Source of the DNA: an uncultured Fibrobacteraceae bacterium | GTDB lineage: Bacteria; Krumholzibacteriota; Krumholzibacteriia; LZORAL124-64-63 | Length of the DNA stretch: 64,000 nt | Direction of reading: 5' to 3' | NCBI GenBank assembly: GCA_964559455.1 | Contig: CAZLHO010000005.1 | Coordinates: forward strand, 31,679-95,678 | Shown here: piece by piece, positions 45,518 to 54,165 of the stretch | Layout: the number at the start of each line of letters is the position of its first letter | Numbering within the stretch: the first letter of the stretch is position 1 | The notes under the pieces: generated by a model | Databases searched by the model: none | The model's input: only the letters and a program-made list of their open reading frames with translations | Told to the model about the DNA's origin: nothing | Translations under genes and position numbers: made by a program

Positions 45518-47908
45518 TCAGTCCCGCGGCACCTCGGCCGCGAGACGGCGGTAGACCAGAGCGTAGAACATCTCCAGATAGCGCCGCGTCTCCTCGCGTT
45601 CGATGTTGGTAATGTACTTCCAGAAGCCGTAGATCCGCGACAAGGTCAGCAGCCGGTTGGCGTAGAGCTTCCAGGTGTAGCGGCTCTCGATGCGGTCGAT
45701 GGCGCCGCGCGAGATGCTTTCCCAGCGTTCGGGGTCCTCGCGGCATTCGGCCAGGAAGCCTGCCATCAGCTCCGCCGCCGCCCCGGGCTCGGCGGGGTCG
45801 ATGTGGAAGCCGCTGCGGCCGTGCTCGATGATCTCCAGCGGGCCGCCGTGCTGGGTGGCGAAGGTCGGCAGGCCCGAGGCCATCGCCTCGACCACCGTCA
45901 GGCCGAAGGCCTCGAAGAGCGCCGGCTGCACGAAGGCGCCTCTCCAGTCGGCAACGTAGCGGTAGAGCTCGCCCACCTGCGTCTTCTCGGTGCGCATCGG
46001 GATCCAGCGCGCCTGCCCGTCCAGCCCGTGCTCGTCCAGCAGGCGGTGCATGGTCTCGATCTGCTTCTTCTCGTCCTCGTCCTGCGACTGGGCCGTGTCC
46101 AGGAAGCCGCCCGCCACCATCAGGTTGGCCTCGTCGCGCAGCGCGGCGCTGCGCCCGAAGAGGTCCACCAGGCCGGTCACGTTCTTGATCTTGTCCAGTC
46201 GCGCCATCGTGAACAGCAGCGGCTTCTGCTTGTCGACGAAGACGCCGCGGGCGTCGGGCCGTTCGCCGCCGTGCACCAGGTCCGCGATCTCCGGCTGCAG
46301 GGCCGTCACCCGGCGATCGCTCTCGGTGTAGGGGAAGAAGACCTCGGGGTCGGCCCCGGGCGAGACGATGTTGAACTTGGGGTCGAAGGGGTCGATGCCG
46401 CTGACCACGCGGAACAGGCCGGGCATCGAGAAGCTGGAGTAGCCCTCGTACTGGCCCACCACCTCGCGCGTGCCGGCGATCTCCTGGTAGGTGCTGGTGA
46501 TGATGAAGTCGGACGTGTTCATGGCGATCAGGTCTGCCGTGTACTGGCACGAGAAATGGTGCGCCTCCTCGTGCTCCTTCCAGTAGAGATCGCTGTGCAG
46601 GTACTTCGACTTCTCCAGGGCGTGAGCGATGGTGCACTGGGTCACGCCCAGGCGCCGCGAGAGCAGCGTGGCCACCAGGTTGCCGTCGGAGTAGTTGCCG
46701 ATCACCAGGTCGGGCCGGCCGCCCAGCTCGGCCAGCACCACGCGCTCGACGTCGTCGGTGAAGCGCTCCAGGTAGGGCCAGACGCGGAAGCGCGAGATCC
46801 AGGGCTGGACCACCTCGCCGTTCTCGTTGCGGAAGGGCACGCGCAGGATCTTCGTGTGCCGGGTGCCGCAGACGGGCTCCTCGGCCCGGTCGCAGCTCGT
46901 GCCCTCGGCCTCGGGCAGCAGGCGGGTGACGACCAGGATCTTCGGCTCGATCTCCAGACCCTGGTCGTGGATCGACTGCCGCATCTCGTTCTCCAGCGCG
47001 CGCACCTGGTCCAGGATGTAGACCACCTGGCCGCCGGTGTCGGGCTTGCCCAGCACCCCGGACTGCCCGAAGTAGCCGTGCGGCGTCAGGATCACCAGGC
47101 TGAAGATCATCGGGATCCGGCCCAGGAAGCGCTCCAGGCTCTCGGGCGCCGGCGCCTCGAGGATGTCCGAGAGCAGGGCCATCTCCTCGATCATCAGCCG
47201 CACGGTGCGCCCCCAGCCCGGCTCGAAGCCCAGCCGCTTCAGCGTCGTGCCCACGGTCGACCAGTCGGCCTCGGGATCCTGCTGCTCGAGCCAGGCCAGG
47301 GCCTCGCGCAGGTTGTCGGCCAGCTCGGCGCGGTCGGCGATCAGGTCGTTGAGCATCAGCTGTCGGCCCTGGTGCTGGTGCAGCTTCAGGAAGCCGAAGA
47401 GCTGCTCGCGCCCGTCGCCGCGCCTGTCGAAGAGACGGCTCGAGAGATGGCGGTTCAGGAATTCCACGCCGCGGCCGATCGAGCGCACCTCGCGCAGCTT
47501 CGGAAAGCCCCGCTCGAAGGGCGAGAGGTCGATCTCCAGGGTGTAGGGGTCGACCGCCGCCCCGGGATCGGCCAGGGCCTCCTTGAAGGCCAGGAAGTCG
47601 GTCACGCCCACCTCGCGGCACTGCGCCGAATCGACCTGCACGTGGACGTATTGCCAGCCGGCCACGCGGGACCGGATGGCCATGTAGAGATCCGGCGGGG
47701 AGGCGGCCGCCTCCTGGATCGAGTGGATCATCTCCCGAAAGTTGTCGCCGCAGTTGTTCGGAATGCCCTGCTCGGCGCAGAAAGCGTCGAACTCGTGGAG
47801 GATCTGGGGACGCAACATGACGGACCGGCCCACGTCCAGGCAGCGGCTGAAGAGGCCGTAGGCCTCGCGACGGTGCTCCTGCAGGAACGCCTCCAGGGTA
47901 CGGATCAT
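45518..47908 (-). CDS. susA: Sucrose synthase (GT4)
   Basis: SIGRGVEFLNRHLS, LTPHGYFGQ, PDTGGQVVYILDQVRALE, GNYSDGNL, HALEKSKY, QPALFEAFGLTV; 796 aa from ATG 47908. Confidence 0.96.
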   Translation of the reverse strand: MIRTLEAFLQEHRREAYGLFSRCLDVGRSVMLRPQILHEFDAFCAEQGIPNNCGDNFREMIHSIQEAAASPPDLYMAIRSRVAGWQYVHVQVDSAQCREVGVTDFLAFKEALADPGAAVDPYTLEIDLSPFERGFPKLREVRSIGRGVEFLNRHLSSRLFDRRGDGREQLFGFLKLHQHQGRQLMLNDLIADRAELADNLREALAWLEQQDPEADWSTVGTTLKRLGFEPGWGRTVRLMIEEMALLSDILEAPAPESLERFLGRIPMIFSLVILTPHGYFGQSGVLGKPDTGGQVVYILDQVRALENEMRQSIHDQGLEIEPKILVVTRLLPEAEGTSCDRAEEPVCGTRHTKILRVPFRNENGEVVQPWISRFRVWPYLERFTDDVERVVLAELGGRPDLVIGNYSDGNLVATLLSRRLGVTQCTIAHALEKSKYLHSDLYWKEHEEAHHFSCQYTADLIAMNTSDFIITSTYQEIAGTREVVGQYEGYSSFSMPGLFRVVSGIDPFDPKFNIVSPGADPEVFFPYTESDRRVTALQPEIADLVHGGERPDARGVFVDKQKPLLFTMARLDKIKNVTGLVDLFGRSAALRDEANLMVAGGFLDTAQSQDEDEKKQIETMHRLLDEHGLDGQARWIPMRTEKTQVGELYRYVADWRGAFVQPALFEAFGLTVVEAMASGLPTFATQHGGPLEIIEHGRSGFHIDPAEPGAAAELMAGFLAECREDPERWESISRGAIDRIESRYTWKLYANRLLTLSRIYGFWKYITNIEREETRRYLEMFYALVYRRLAAEVPRD

Positions 47909-49476
47909 CCGAGCTCCTTCCTCTTGTCGGTTCCGGCGGGCTTCCGGCCCAGCCGGGCGAGCAGGTTGCGGGATCGGCCCCGGCCCTCGGCCGGGGGCAG
48001 CAGTTGTGATTCGACGGAACCGCCGGCGGCCTGGGCCAGCGCCCGCGCCGGCACGCGCCCCACGTCCGCGGCCGCCGTGACGCTCGGCGTGCGGTGCAGC
48101 GCGCCCTCGACCACCACGCGCTCGACTTGCTCGAGATAGCTGAAGACGTGGGCGTCCCAGGAATAGAGCGAATGGGCGCGCACGACGCCGCGGGCGGAAA
48201 GGTGGCGCCAGGTGCGCTCGTCGGCCAGCAGCACTTCCTTCAGGCCCCGGGCGATGTCCTCCGGATCCAGCGGGTCGATGAGCACGCCGTTGCCGCAGTG
48301 CTCCAGGATGTCGCGCGGGCCGCCGTCGTTCGTCGCCACCACGGGCAGGCCGCTGGCGGCGGCCTCGATCAGGGTCAGGCCGAAGGGCTCGGTCAGGGCC
48401 GGGTTGACGAAGACCCCGCGCCGGCGGGCGGCCAGGCGGTAGAGGTCGGGGACATCCTGCGGCCGGTGGCGCTTGGGGTAGGCGACGCTGCCGTAGAGGT
48501 CGAGGTCGTCGACGAGGTGCAGGAACTCCTGCAGCACCCGCCGCTCGGGCGGCTTCAGGACGCCCAGGGTGTCGCGGATGCCGGCCACCACGACCAGGTT
48601 GGCGCGCCGGCGCAGTTCCGGATCGCGGCCGTAGGCCTGCACCAGGCCGCGGAAGTTCTTGCGCTCGTCGGGCCGGGCCAGGGCCAGGATCATCGGCTTG
48701 CCGGGATCGTGCAGGAAGCGGGCCAGGTCGGCGGCCACGGGCGGGTCGGGTTCGTCGCCGCGGGGCGGACGGAAGCGGTCCAGGTCGACGCCCGGCGGTA
48801 TCACCGTCATGCGTTCGGGTCGGGCGGCGGCGTAGGCGCCGTACTGCTTGTCGATCTCCTGCCGGGTGCTGGCCACCACCAGCGAGGCGCTGCGCAGCGC
48901 CAGATCCTCGGCCGCGAAGCGCTTCGTGAACTTGAAGCGGGGCTCCAGGGTCGCCTCGTCCAGGCCCTTGTCCAGCAGGCGGCGGCGCTTCTCGCGGCCC
49001 AGGCTGTGGCCGGTGAAGGCGAAGGGCACGTCGAGTTCGCGCGCCATGCGCGCGCCGATCCAGCCGGCGTCCGCGTAGTGGCCGTGGATCAGGTCCGGCA
49101 CCCTGCCGGCGTTGCGCACGTGGCACATCGCGTAGCGCACGAACTCCTCCATGTACGGCCAGAGGTTCTCCTTGTGCAGGTAGCGCCGGGGGCCGCAGGG
49201 GATGCGGATGATCTGGGCCTTGTCCGCCAGGGGCTCCCAGATCTCGCTGTAGTCGGGATGGATGCCCGGTCCGGCGACCAGGCGGGTCAGCAGGTCGACG
49301 CGGGCCACGCGGGGGTCCGCGGCCAGGGCCCGGGCCAGTTCGACGACATAGGTCACCTGGCCGCCGGTGTCGGCGTCGCGGCCCAGTTCGATGTCGTGGC
49401 CGCGCACCAGGCCGTGGACGCTCAGCAGCAGCAGATAGAGACCGTCTTCCTTCTTGGCGTTGGGTAGGGCCGTCAT
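47905..49476 (-). CDS. sps: Sucrose-phosphate synthase, glycosyltransferase domain only
   Basis: LLSVHGLVRGHDIELGRDADTGGQVTYVVELARAL, HGHYADAG, FTGHSLGR, ARPDERKN, NPALTEPFGLTLIEAAASG; no HAD domain. Confidence 0.92.
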   Translation of the reverse strand: MTALPNAKKEDGLYLLLLSVHGLVRGHDIELGRDADTGGQVTYVVELARALAADPRVARVDLLTRLVAGPGIHPDYSEIWEPLADKAQIIRIPCGPRRYLHKENLWPYMEEFVRYAMCHVRNAGRVPDLIHGHYADAGWIGARMARELDVPFAFTGHSLGREKRRRLLDKGLDEATLEPRFKFTKRFAAEDLALRSASLVVASTRQEIDKQYGAYAAARPERMTVIPPGVDLDRFRPPRGDEPDPPVAADLARFLHDPGKPMILALARPDERKNFRGLVQAYGRDPELRRRANLVVVAGIRDTLGVLKPPERRVLQEFLHLVDDLDLYGSVAYPKRHRPQDVPDLYRLAARRRGVFVNPALTEPFGLTLIEAAASGLPVVATNDGGPRDILEHCGNGVLIDPLDPEDIARGLKEVLLADERTWRHLSARGVVRAHSLYSWDAHVFSYLEQVERVVVEGALHRTPSVTAAADVGRVPARALAQAAGGSVESQLLPPAEGRGRSRNLLARLGRKPAGTDKRKELG

Positions 49477-49481
49477 CGCGG

Positions 49482-50387
49482 TCACCGCCATTCGTTCAGG
49501 AATCGGGCATGGAATCCGGGATCGGCGGGAATCGCTCCCGACAGGGCGCAGACCGCCGCCGCCATCGCGGCGGCGCGGACCAGGATCGTGCGTTCGGCCC
49601 AGCCCCGGGCCAGGCCCAGGATGCAGGCCGCGGCGAAGGCGTCGCCGGCGCCGACGGTGTCGGCGACCGCGGGCACGTCCGCCGCAGGCGCCAGGGCGCG
49701 GATCGACTCGGCGTCGGCCCACAGGGCGCCGCCGGCGCCCAGGGTCACCACGACGCCCTCGAGGCCGTGGATCGCCGCCAGGCCGCGGGCGGACTCGGCC
49801 GGATCGCCGGCGCCCCCCAGGGCCGCCAGCTCGTCGCCGTTCAGCTTGGCCCAGCGGGCGGCGGCCAGGGCCTCGGCGGCGGCCTCGGGCGTCCACCAGG
49901 GATCGCGCAGGTTCACGTCCAGGAAGACCGATCGGGACGGGCCGGCGCGCAGGGCCTGCAGGGCCGCGCGCGATTCCTCGGAACGCAGGGCCAGGGTCCC
50001 GTGGTAGAGGACGTCGTCCTCGCCGCCGGCGGCAACCGCACCGGCGGCGTCGGCGTCGATGAAATCCCAGGCCTGCCCCGGGTCGATGGAGAATGTCGGC
50101 TGTCCGCCCTCGACCTTGACCAGGACTTCACCGGTCGCCCGGACGGGATCGACCTGCACCCCGTCCAGGGACATCCCGGCGGCCGCCATGGCCCCGCGGA
50201 TGCGGCGGCCCGGCTCGTCGTCGCCCAGGCGCGTGACGAGCAGAGGAGCGAGGCCGAGGCCGTGCAGATGCCAGGCCACGTTGAAGGGCGCGCCGCCCAG
50301 GACCTCGGAGCCGTCCTCGAAACGATCGAAAAGGACTTCGCCGAAGACGATCGGGCGCGGCGTGGGGATATCGATGCTCTGGTCCAT
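49482..50387 (-). CDS. PfkB-family carbohydrate kinase, probably fructokinase
   Basis: FGEVLFD, GGAPFNVA, LDVNLR, KLNGDEL, DTVGAGDAFAA; sits in the sucrose operon. Confidence 0.92.
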   Translation of the reverse strand: MDQSIDIPTPRPIVFGEVLFDRFEDGSEVLGGAPFNVAWHLHGLGLAPLLVTRLGDDEPGRRIRGAMAAAGMSLDGVQVDPVRATGEVLVKVEGGQPTFSIDPGQAWDFIDADAAGAVAAGGEDDVLYHGTLALRSEESRAALQALRAGPSRSVFLDVNLRDPWWTPEAAAEALAAARWAKLNGDELAALGGAGDPAESARGLAAIHGLEGVVVTLGAGGALWADAESIRALAPAADVPAVADTVGAGDAFAAACILGLARGWAERTILVRAAAMAAAVCALSGAIPADPGFHARFLNEWR

Positions 50388-50533
50388 AGTTTCCCCGGCG
50401 GGAGGATCCGATATGCGAGGCGGGAGATGATGTGACGGGTCCGCCCAGGCACAGGCTAGGCCAAGCCCACGACGCTGTCAAACCCGCTTCGGGGCTGGCC
50501 GCAGCGCCCCGGCTGCTGTAGGCTGGGACGATC

Positions 50534-51334
50534 ATGAAGACCCCGACGCCCACGGCCCTGCTCGCCTGCGACCTGGACGGCACCGTCTCCCCGGTCAGCC
50601 TGGACGAGACCTACCCGGCCCTGCTCTCCGAGTTCCGCGCCACCATCGCGGACGACCCCGGCATCGCCCTGATCTACGTGACCGGCCGCCGCCTGGACTC
50701 GGCCCTCGAGTTGATCGCCGCGCGCAGCCTGCCCCTGCCCCGTCTGCTCTGCTGCGACGTGGGCAGCAGCGTCCACCGGCCCGAGGTCGGCGGCTGGATC
50801 GAGGACCCGGACTACGCCGGGCGCATGGCCGACGGGATGCGCGGCCGCGACGCGGCCGCGGTCCTGGACCTGCTGGCCGACGTGCCCCTGCTGGCCCCGC
50901 AACCGCCGCAGAACCAGGGGCGCTGGAAGGCCAGCTTCACGCTGCCCGACGGCGCGGCCGGCGACGACGCCCTCGCGGCCGCCCGCGCGCGCCTGGCGGC
51001 CGCGGACCTGCCCCTGCGCCTGGTCCGCAGCGCCTGCGTCTTCGAACGGCGCGACCTGCTGGACGTCCTGCCCGAGGGCGTGGACAAGGCCACGGCGGTG
51101 GCCTTCGCGGCCGAGAACCTGGGCGTGCCGACCGGCGGCGTGGTCTACGCCGGCGACTCGCACAACGACCTGGACGCGCTGCTGGCCGCCGACCGCGCCG
51201 TGGTCGTCGCCAACGCCCCCGACGCCGTGCGCGACGCCGTGCGCGACGGCCGCGACCCCGCGACGACCTGCCTGGCCGCCGGGGCCCACATGGCGGGGGT
51301 CCTGGAGGGGATGCGGGCGTTCGGTATCCGCTAG
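50534..51334 (+). CDS. spp: HAD-IIB hydrolase, sucrose-phosphate phosphatase-like
   Basis: CDLDGT, YVTGR, CDVGSS, LDVLPEGVDKATA, AGDSHNDLD; divergent from the SPS-SuS operon. Confidence 0.82.
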   Translation: MKTPTPTALLACDLDGTVSPVSLDETYPALLSEFRATIADDPGIALIYVTGRRLDSALELIAARSLPLPRLLCCDVGSSVHRPEVGGWIEDPDYAGRMADGMRGRDAAAVLDLLADVPLLAPQPPQNQGRWKASFTLPDGAAGDDALAAARARLAAADLPLRLVRSACVFERRDLLDVLPEGVDKATAVAFAAENLGVPTGGVVYAGDSHNDLDALLAADRAVVVANAPDAVRDAVRDGRDPATTCLAAGAHMAGVLEGMRAFGIR

Positions 51335-51432
51335 ACAGGAGGGCGTGGCGTGGTCATGCGGCGGGGACGTCCGCCGGCGCTGTATGCTCTGCCCGCTCAC
51401 CCGAAGAACGTTCCACGCGGGGAGTGTGCCCG

Positions 51433-51834
51433 ATGAGAATCTTCAGATCCCTGCTCGCCCCCTGCTTTCTCGTCGCGTTGGCGGCCTGCTCCGACGATTC
51501 CGTCTCGGGCCAGGCGCGCGAAATCACCGTCCGCCCGAATCCCGCCACCCGCGAGGCGCTTCTCGAGTACCAGCAGCTGTACCCGGACCCCAACGATCCG
51601 ACCGGCCTGCGCGTCACCTTCATTGACCTCCCCGCGGCCCCTTGCATCGTCACCATCTTCGACCATTCCGGGGAATGCGTCGAAGAGATCCACAAGCCGG
51701 ATGCCGAGACCACGGCGTCTTGGAACCTGGTGAGTGGGGCCGGCGAGGAGGTCGGCACCGGCACCTACCACTTCGCCGTCCATCTGGAAGGCGGCGCGTT
51801 CATCGACCGAGGGACCTTCTTCGTGTCCCTCTAG
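51433..51834 (+). CDS. Small lipoprotein consisting almost entirely of a T9SS/FlgD-like CTD
   Basis: Lipobox ALAAC; VRPNP...TFIDLP..CIVTIFDHSGE...WNLVSGAGEEVGTGTYHF. Confidence 0.75.
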   Translation: MRIFRSLLAPCFLVALAACSDDSVSGQAREITVRPNPATREALLEYQQLYPDPNDPTGLRVTFIDLPAAPCIVTIFDHSGECVEEIHKPDAETTASWNLVSGAGEEVGTGTYHFAVHLEGGAFIDRGTFFVSL

Positions 51835-51860
51835 CGCGGACCCCGGTCCGGGGAGACCCG

Positions 51861-52892
51861 ATGCGTATCTTGCTCGGCACGGCGCTGCTCCTGCTGCTTC
51901 CCGCCGGGGATGCGGCGGCCCGGAACGAATCGCTGCCCTACGGTTTCCTCTGGGAGTCCTTCGCGGCGGACACGCGCGCCGCGTCCATGGGGCGGGTCGA
52001 TCTCGCCGCCGACGGCGGCCCGTTCGGCGCCTGGGCGATCCCTTCGACCCTGCACAGCGGCCACATATTCCAGGCGGGTTATCGGCAGCACGATTATCCG
52101 GTGGACGCGGAGATCCGCGGCGCCGCCGTCGCCCTGACCATCGGTTCCGGCCGTTTGCGTCTGGCGTGGAATGGGGCGGCGTATGCTCTGGACGGGATTC
52201 CGGTCGTCATGCCGGACGGCACGGTCACGGACGGCATGTCCTACGACATCCACGAGCGGGTGGACCGGTTCGGCGCCTGCTACTCCTTCCTGAGCCGCCG
52301 TCCCGGCGGCGGGACCAGCATCGCTGCGGTCGTCGGCGGCGCGGCGGGCCTCTATGACGCGGATGTCGGCGGCTTCAACGGGTCGGCCACGGACTTCGAT
52401 CTCGGCGCCATGGTGCGGTATACGAGAGAAGGCGAGCGTGGCTGGTTCGGCGCCCGGGCCGCGTTCCTGATCCGCAACCTGCTCGGACATTCGTACGATC
52501 TCGACGCCCGGACGGTCCAGTTGCCCCACCGCGCCGACTTGAGCCTCGCCTTCGAGGGCGGACGTATCCTCAGCCGCTTTGACCGTGACCTGAAGTGGCT
52601 CGTCATCTTCACGCACCGCCGGCATATCCGCTCTCATTATGATCTGCCCAACGACACGAACCACGTCGGGGCGGAACTCGCCTTCGCCGAGATCGTGTTC
52701 GTCCGCTGCGGCGTCACCAACATCCCGATCGGCGGCGAGAAGCGGAGCTGGGGGCTGGGCCTGAGTACGTGGGGGCTGGTCGAATCGCCGTGGGTGGTGA
52801 CCGTCGACTTCGGTCAGTACGACGCCGGCATGCTGGGCGGCTGGAGTTCGCTCCTGACGGTCGGCGGAACCTACTCCTGGGGAGCCCAGTAG
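51861..52892 (+). CDS. PorV/PorQ-like outer-membrane beta-barrel protein
   Basis: Signal peptide; DTRAASMG motif; alternating barrel strands; SWGLGL; ends GGTYSWGAQ. Confidence 0.7.
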   Translation: MRILLGTALLLLLPAGDAAARNESLPYGFLWESFAADTRAASMGRVDLAADGGPFGAWAIPSTLHSGHIFQAGYRQHDYPVDAEIRGAAVALTIGSGRLRLAWNGAAYALDGIPVVMPDGTVTDGMSYDIHERVDRFGACYSFLSRRPGGGTSIAAVVGGAAGLYDADVGGFNGSATDFDLGAMVRYTREGERGWFGARAAFLIRNLLGHSYDLDARTVQLPHRADLSLAFEGGRILSRFDRDLKWLVIFTHRRHIRSHYDLPNDTNHVGAELAFAEIVFVRCGVTNIPIGGEKRSWGLGLSTWGLVESPWVVTVDFGQYDAGMLGGWSSLLTVGGTYSWGAQ

Positions 52893-52922
52893 CTTCATGA
52901 CCCTCGGGGACGGCGGCGTGGA

Positions 52923-53118
52923 GCCGCGAGGAGTTCCGCGGAGGCCGCCGGCGGCAGGACGCCGCCGGCGCCGGAGCGCAAACCAAGCGGCGCGGGGCCG
53001 GAGGGGTGCTGCTCTTCCTCAGGGGTTGCTTCGAGGCGGAGGGGGACGCAGGCCCGGGGCCGCGAGGGGTTCCGCGGAGGCCGCCGGCGGCAGGACGCCG
53101 CCGGCGCCGGAGCGCAAA
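52923..53118 (+). repeat. Two 60-bp direct repeats (52923-52982 and 53059-53118), each with a 10-bp hairpin
   Basis: GCCGCGAGG(A/G)GTTCCGCGGAGGCCGCCGGCGGCAGGACGCCGCCGGCGCCGGAGCGCAAA, one mismatch between copies. Confidence 0.9.
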
Positions 53119-53219
53119 GCGAGGCGGCGCAGGATGCGCCGACGAGCGTCCCCGAGAGGCCCCGGGCCTGCGTCCCTCTCCGGTCCCGACGAGACTCACC
53201 GGAGAAAGAGCAGCACCCC
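53003..53219. repeat. About 217-bp nested palindromic element (MITE/REPIN-like)
   Basis: Outer IR GGGGTGCTGCTCTT (53003-53016 / 53206-53219); 25-bp stem 53037-53061 / 53158-53182 with one G-T; inner AGGA-loop hairpins. Confidence 0.75.
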
Positions 53220-54110
53220 CCCGCAGACCGCCACCACCACGCCCGCCAACGAGCGCAGCGTGGGCGGATCCCGGTAGAAGAGCCACGACGGCAGCAGCAC
53301 CGTGATCGGCAGGATGTTCAGCAGCACGGTGGCCACGCCGGTGTCGGTCAGCTTCAGCGACGAAATGGCCAGCCACATGCCCACGAAGGGCCCCAGGACG
53401 ACGCCGATCAGCAGCGGCGTCCAGACCCGCTTCCTGGCCAGGGTGGGCACCGTCACGCGCAGGGACGGGACCGCCGCGACGATGACCCCCAGCACGAGCG
53501 CCGCCCAGGCCATGCGGACGTAGGTCGCCGCCAACGGCGCCGCGTCGCCCATGCCCAGCTTGGCGAAGGTGTTGCCCACGCCCGAGCCCAGGCCGCAGAC
53601 CAGGGCCGCCAGCAGTCCCCGGCGCAGGGTCGCCCGCGGCAGGTCGCGGAAGGGGCCGCCGCCGCCGTCGCGGCCCGAGGCGGCCAGCAGCACGCCGGCG
53701 ATGATCACGACGATCCCGGCCATGGCCAGCGGCCCCAGGCGCTCGCCCAGGATCACCCAGGCCGAGACGGCGGCGAAGATGGGCGCCGTGGTCAGCATCA
53801 GCGAGGCCCGGCGGGGGCCGATCAGGGTCGCGGCGTAGAAGAGGAAGGTGTCGCCCAGGGCCAGGCCCAGGGCGCCGCTCAGGCCCAGCCACAGATGCTG
53901 CCGCGCGCTCAGTTCGGCGGGCCAGAAGCCGCCGCCGCGCGCCATGAAGACGAGCCCCAGCAACAGCGCCGCCAGCGGCAGGCGGACGAGGCTGACGGCG
54001 AAGGGATGGGATCGGCGGCCGGCGGCCGTGAAGGCCGTGACCCCGAAGGCCCAGATCAACGAGGCGGATAGGGCCAGGATCTCGCCGAGGTGCGCGACGG
54101 GTGGGTTCAC
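53196..54110 (-). CDS. EamA/DMT-family transporter
   Basis: About 10 TM helices in two repeats; GLALGDTFLFYA, PIFAAVSAWVILGERL. Confidence 0.92.
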   Translation of the reverse strand: MNPPVAHLGEILALSASLIWAFGVTAFTAAGRRSHPFAVSLVRLPLAALLLGLVFMARGGGFWPAELSARQHLWLGLSGALGLALGDTFLFYAATLIGPRRASLMLTTAPIFAAVSAWVILGERLGPLAMAGIVVIIAGVLLAASGRDGGGGPFRDLPRATLRRGLLAALVCGLGSGVGNTFAKLGMGDAAPLAATYVRMAWAALVLGVIVAAVPSLRVTVPTLARKRVWTPLLIGVVLGPFVGMWLAISSLKLTDTGVATVLLNILPITVLLPSWLFYRDPPTLRSLAGVVVAVCGGVLLFLR

Positions 54111-54129
54111 GGGGGCTCCGGTCGTGAAT

Positions 54130-54157
54130 GGGCGGCGGCGGCCTCCCGCCGCCGCCC
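54130..54157. terminator. Perfect 12-bp GC hairpin between the peptidase and EamA genes
   Basis: GGGCGGCGGCGG-CCTC-CCGCCGCCGCCC; no clear U-tract. Confidence 0.4.
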
Positions 54158-54165
54158 GGAGGGGA

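Noticed and set aside
45518-49126. 1202-aa ORF suggesting an SPS-SuS fusion
   Set aside because: The first roughly 400 aa are an off-frame read of sps; SuS starts at ATG 47908, overlapping the sps stop.
52923-53118. Possible CRISPR array
   Set aside because: Only two 60-bp copies, too long for CRISPR repeats, embedded in larger inverted repeats, and no cas genes in the window.
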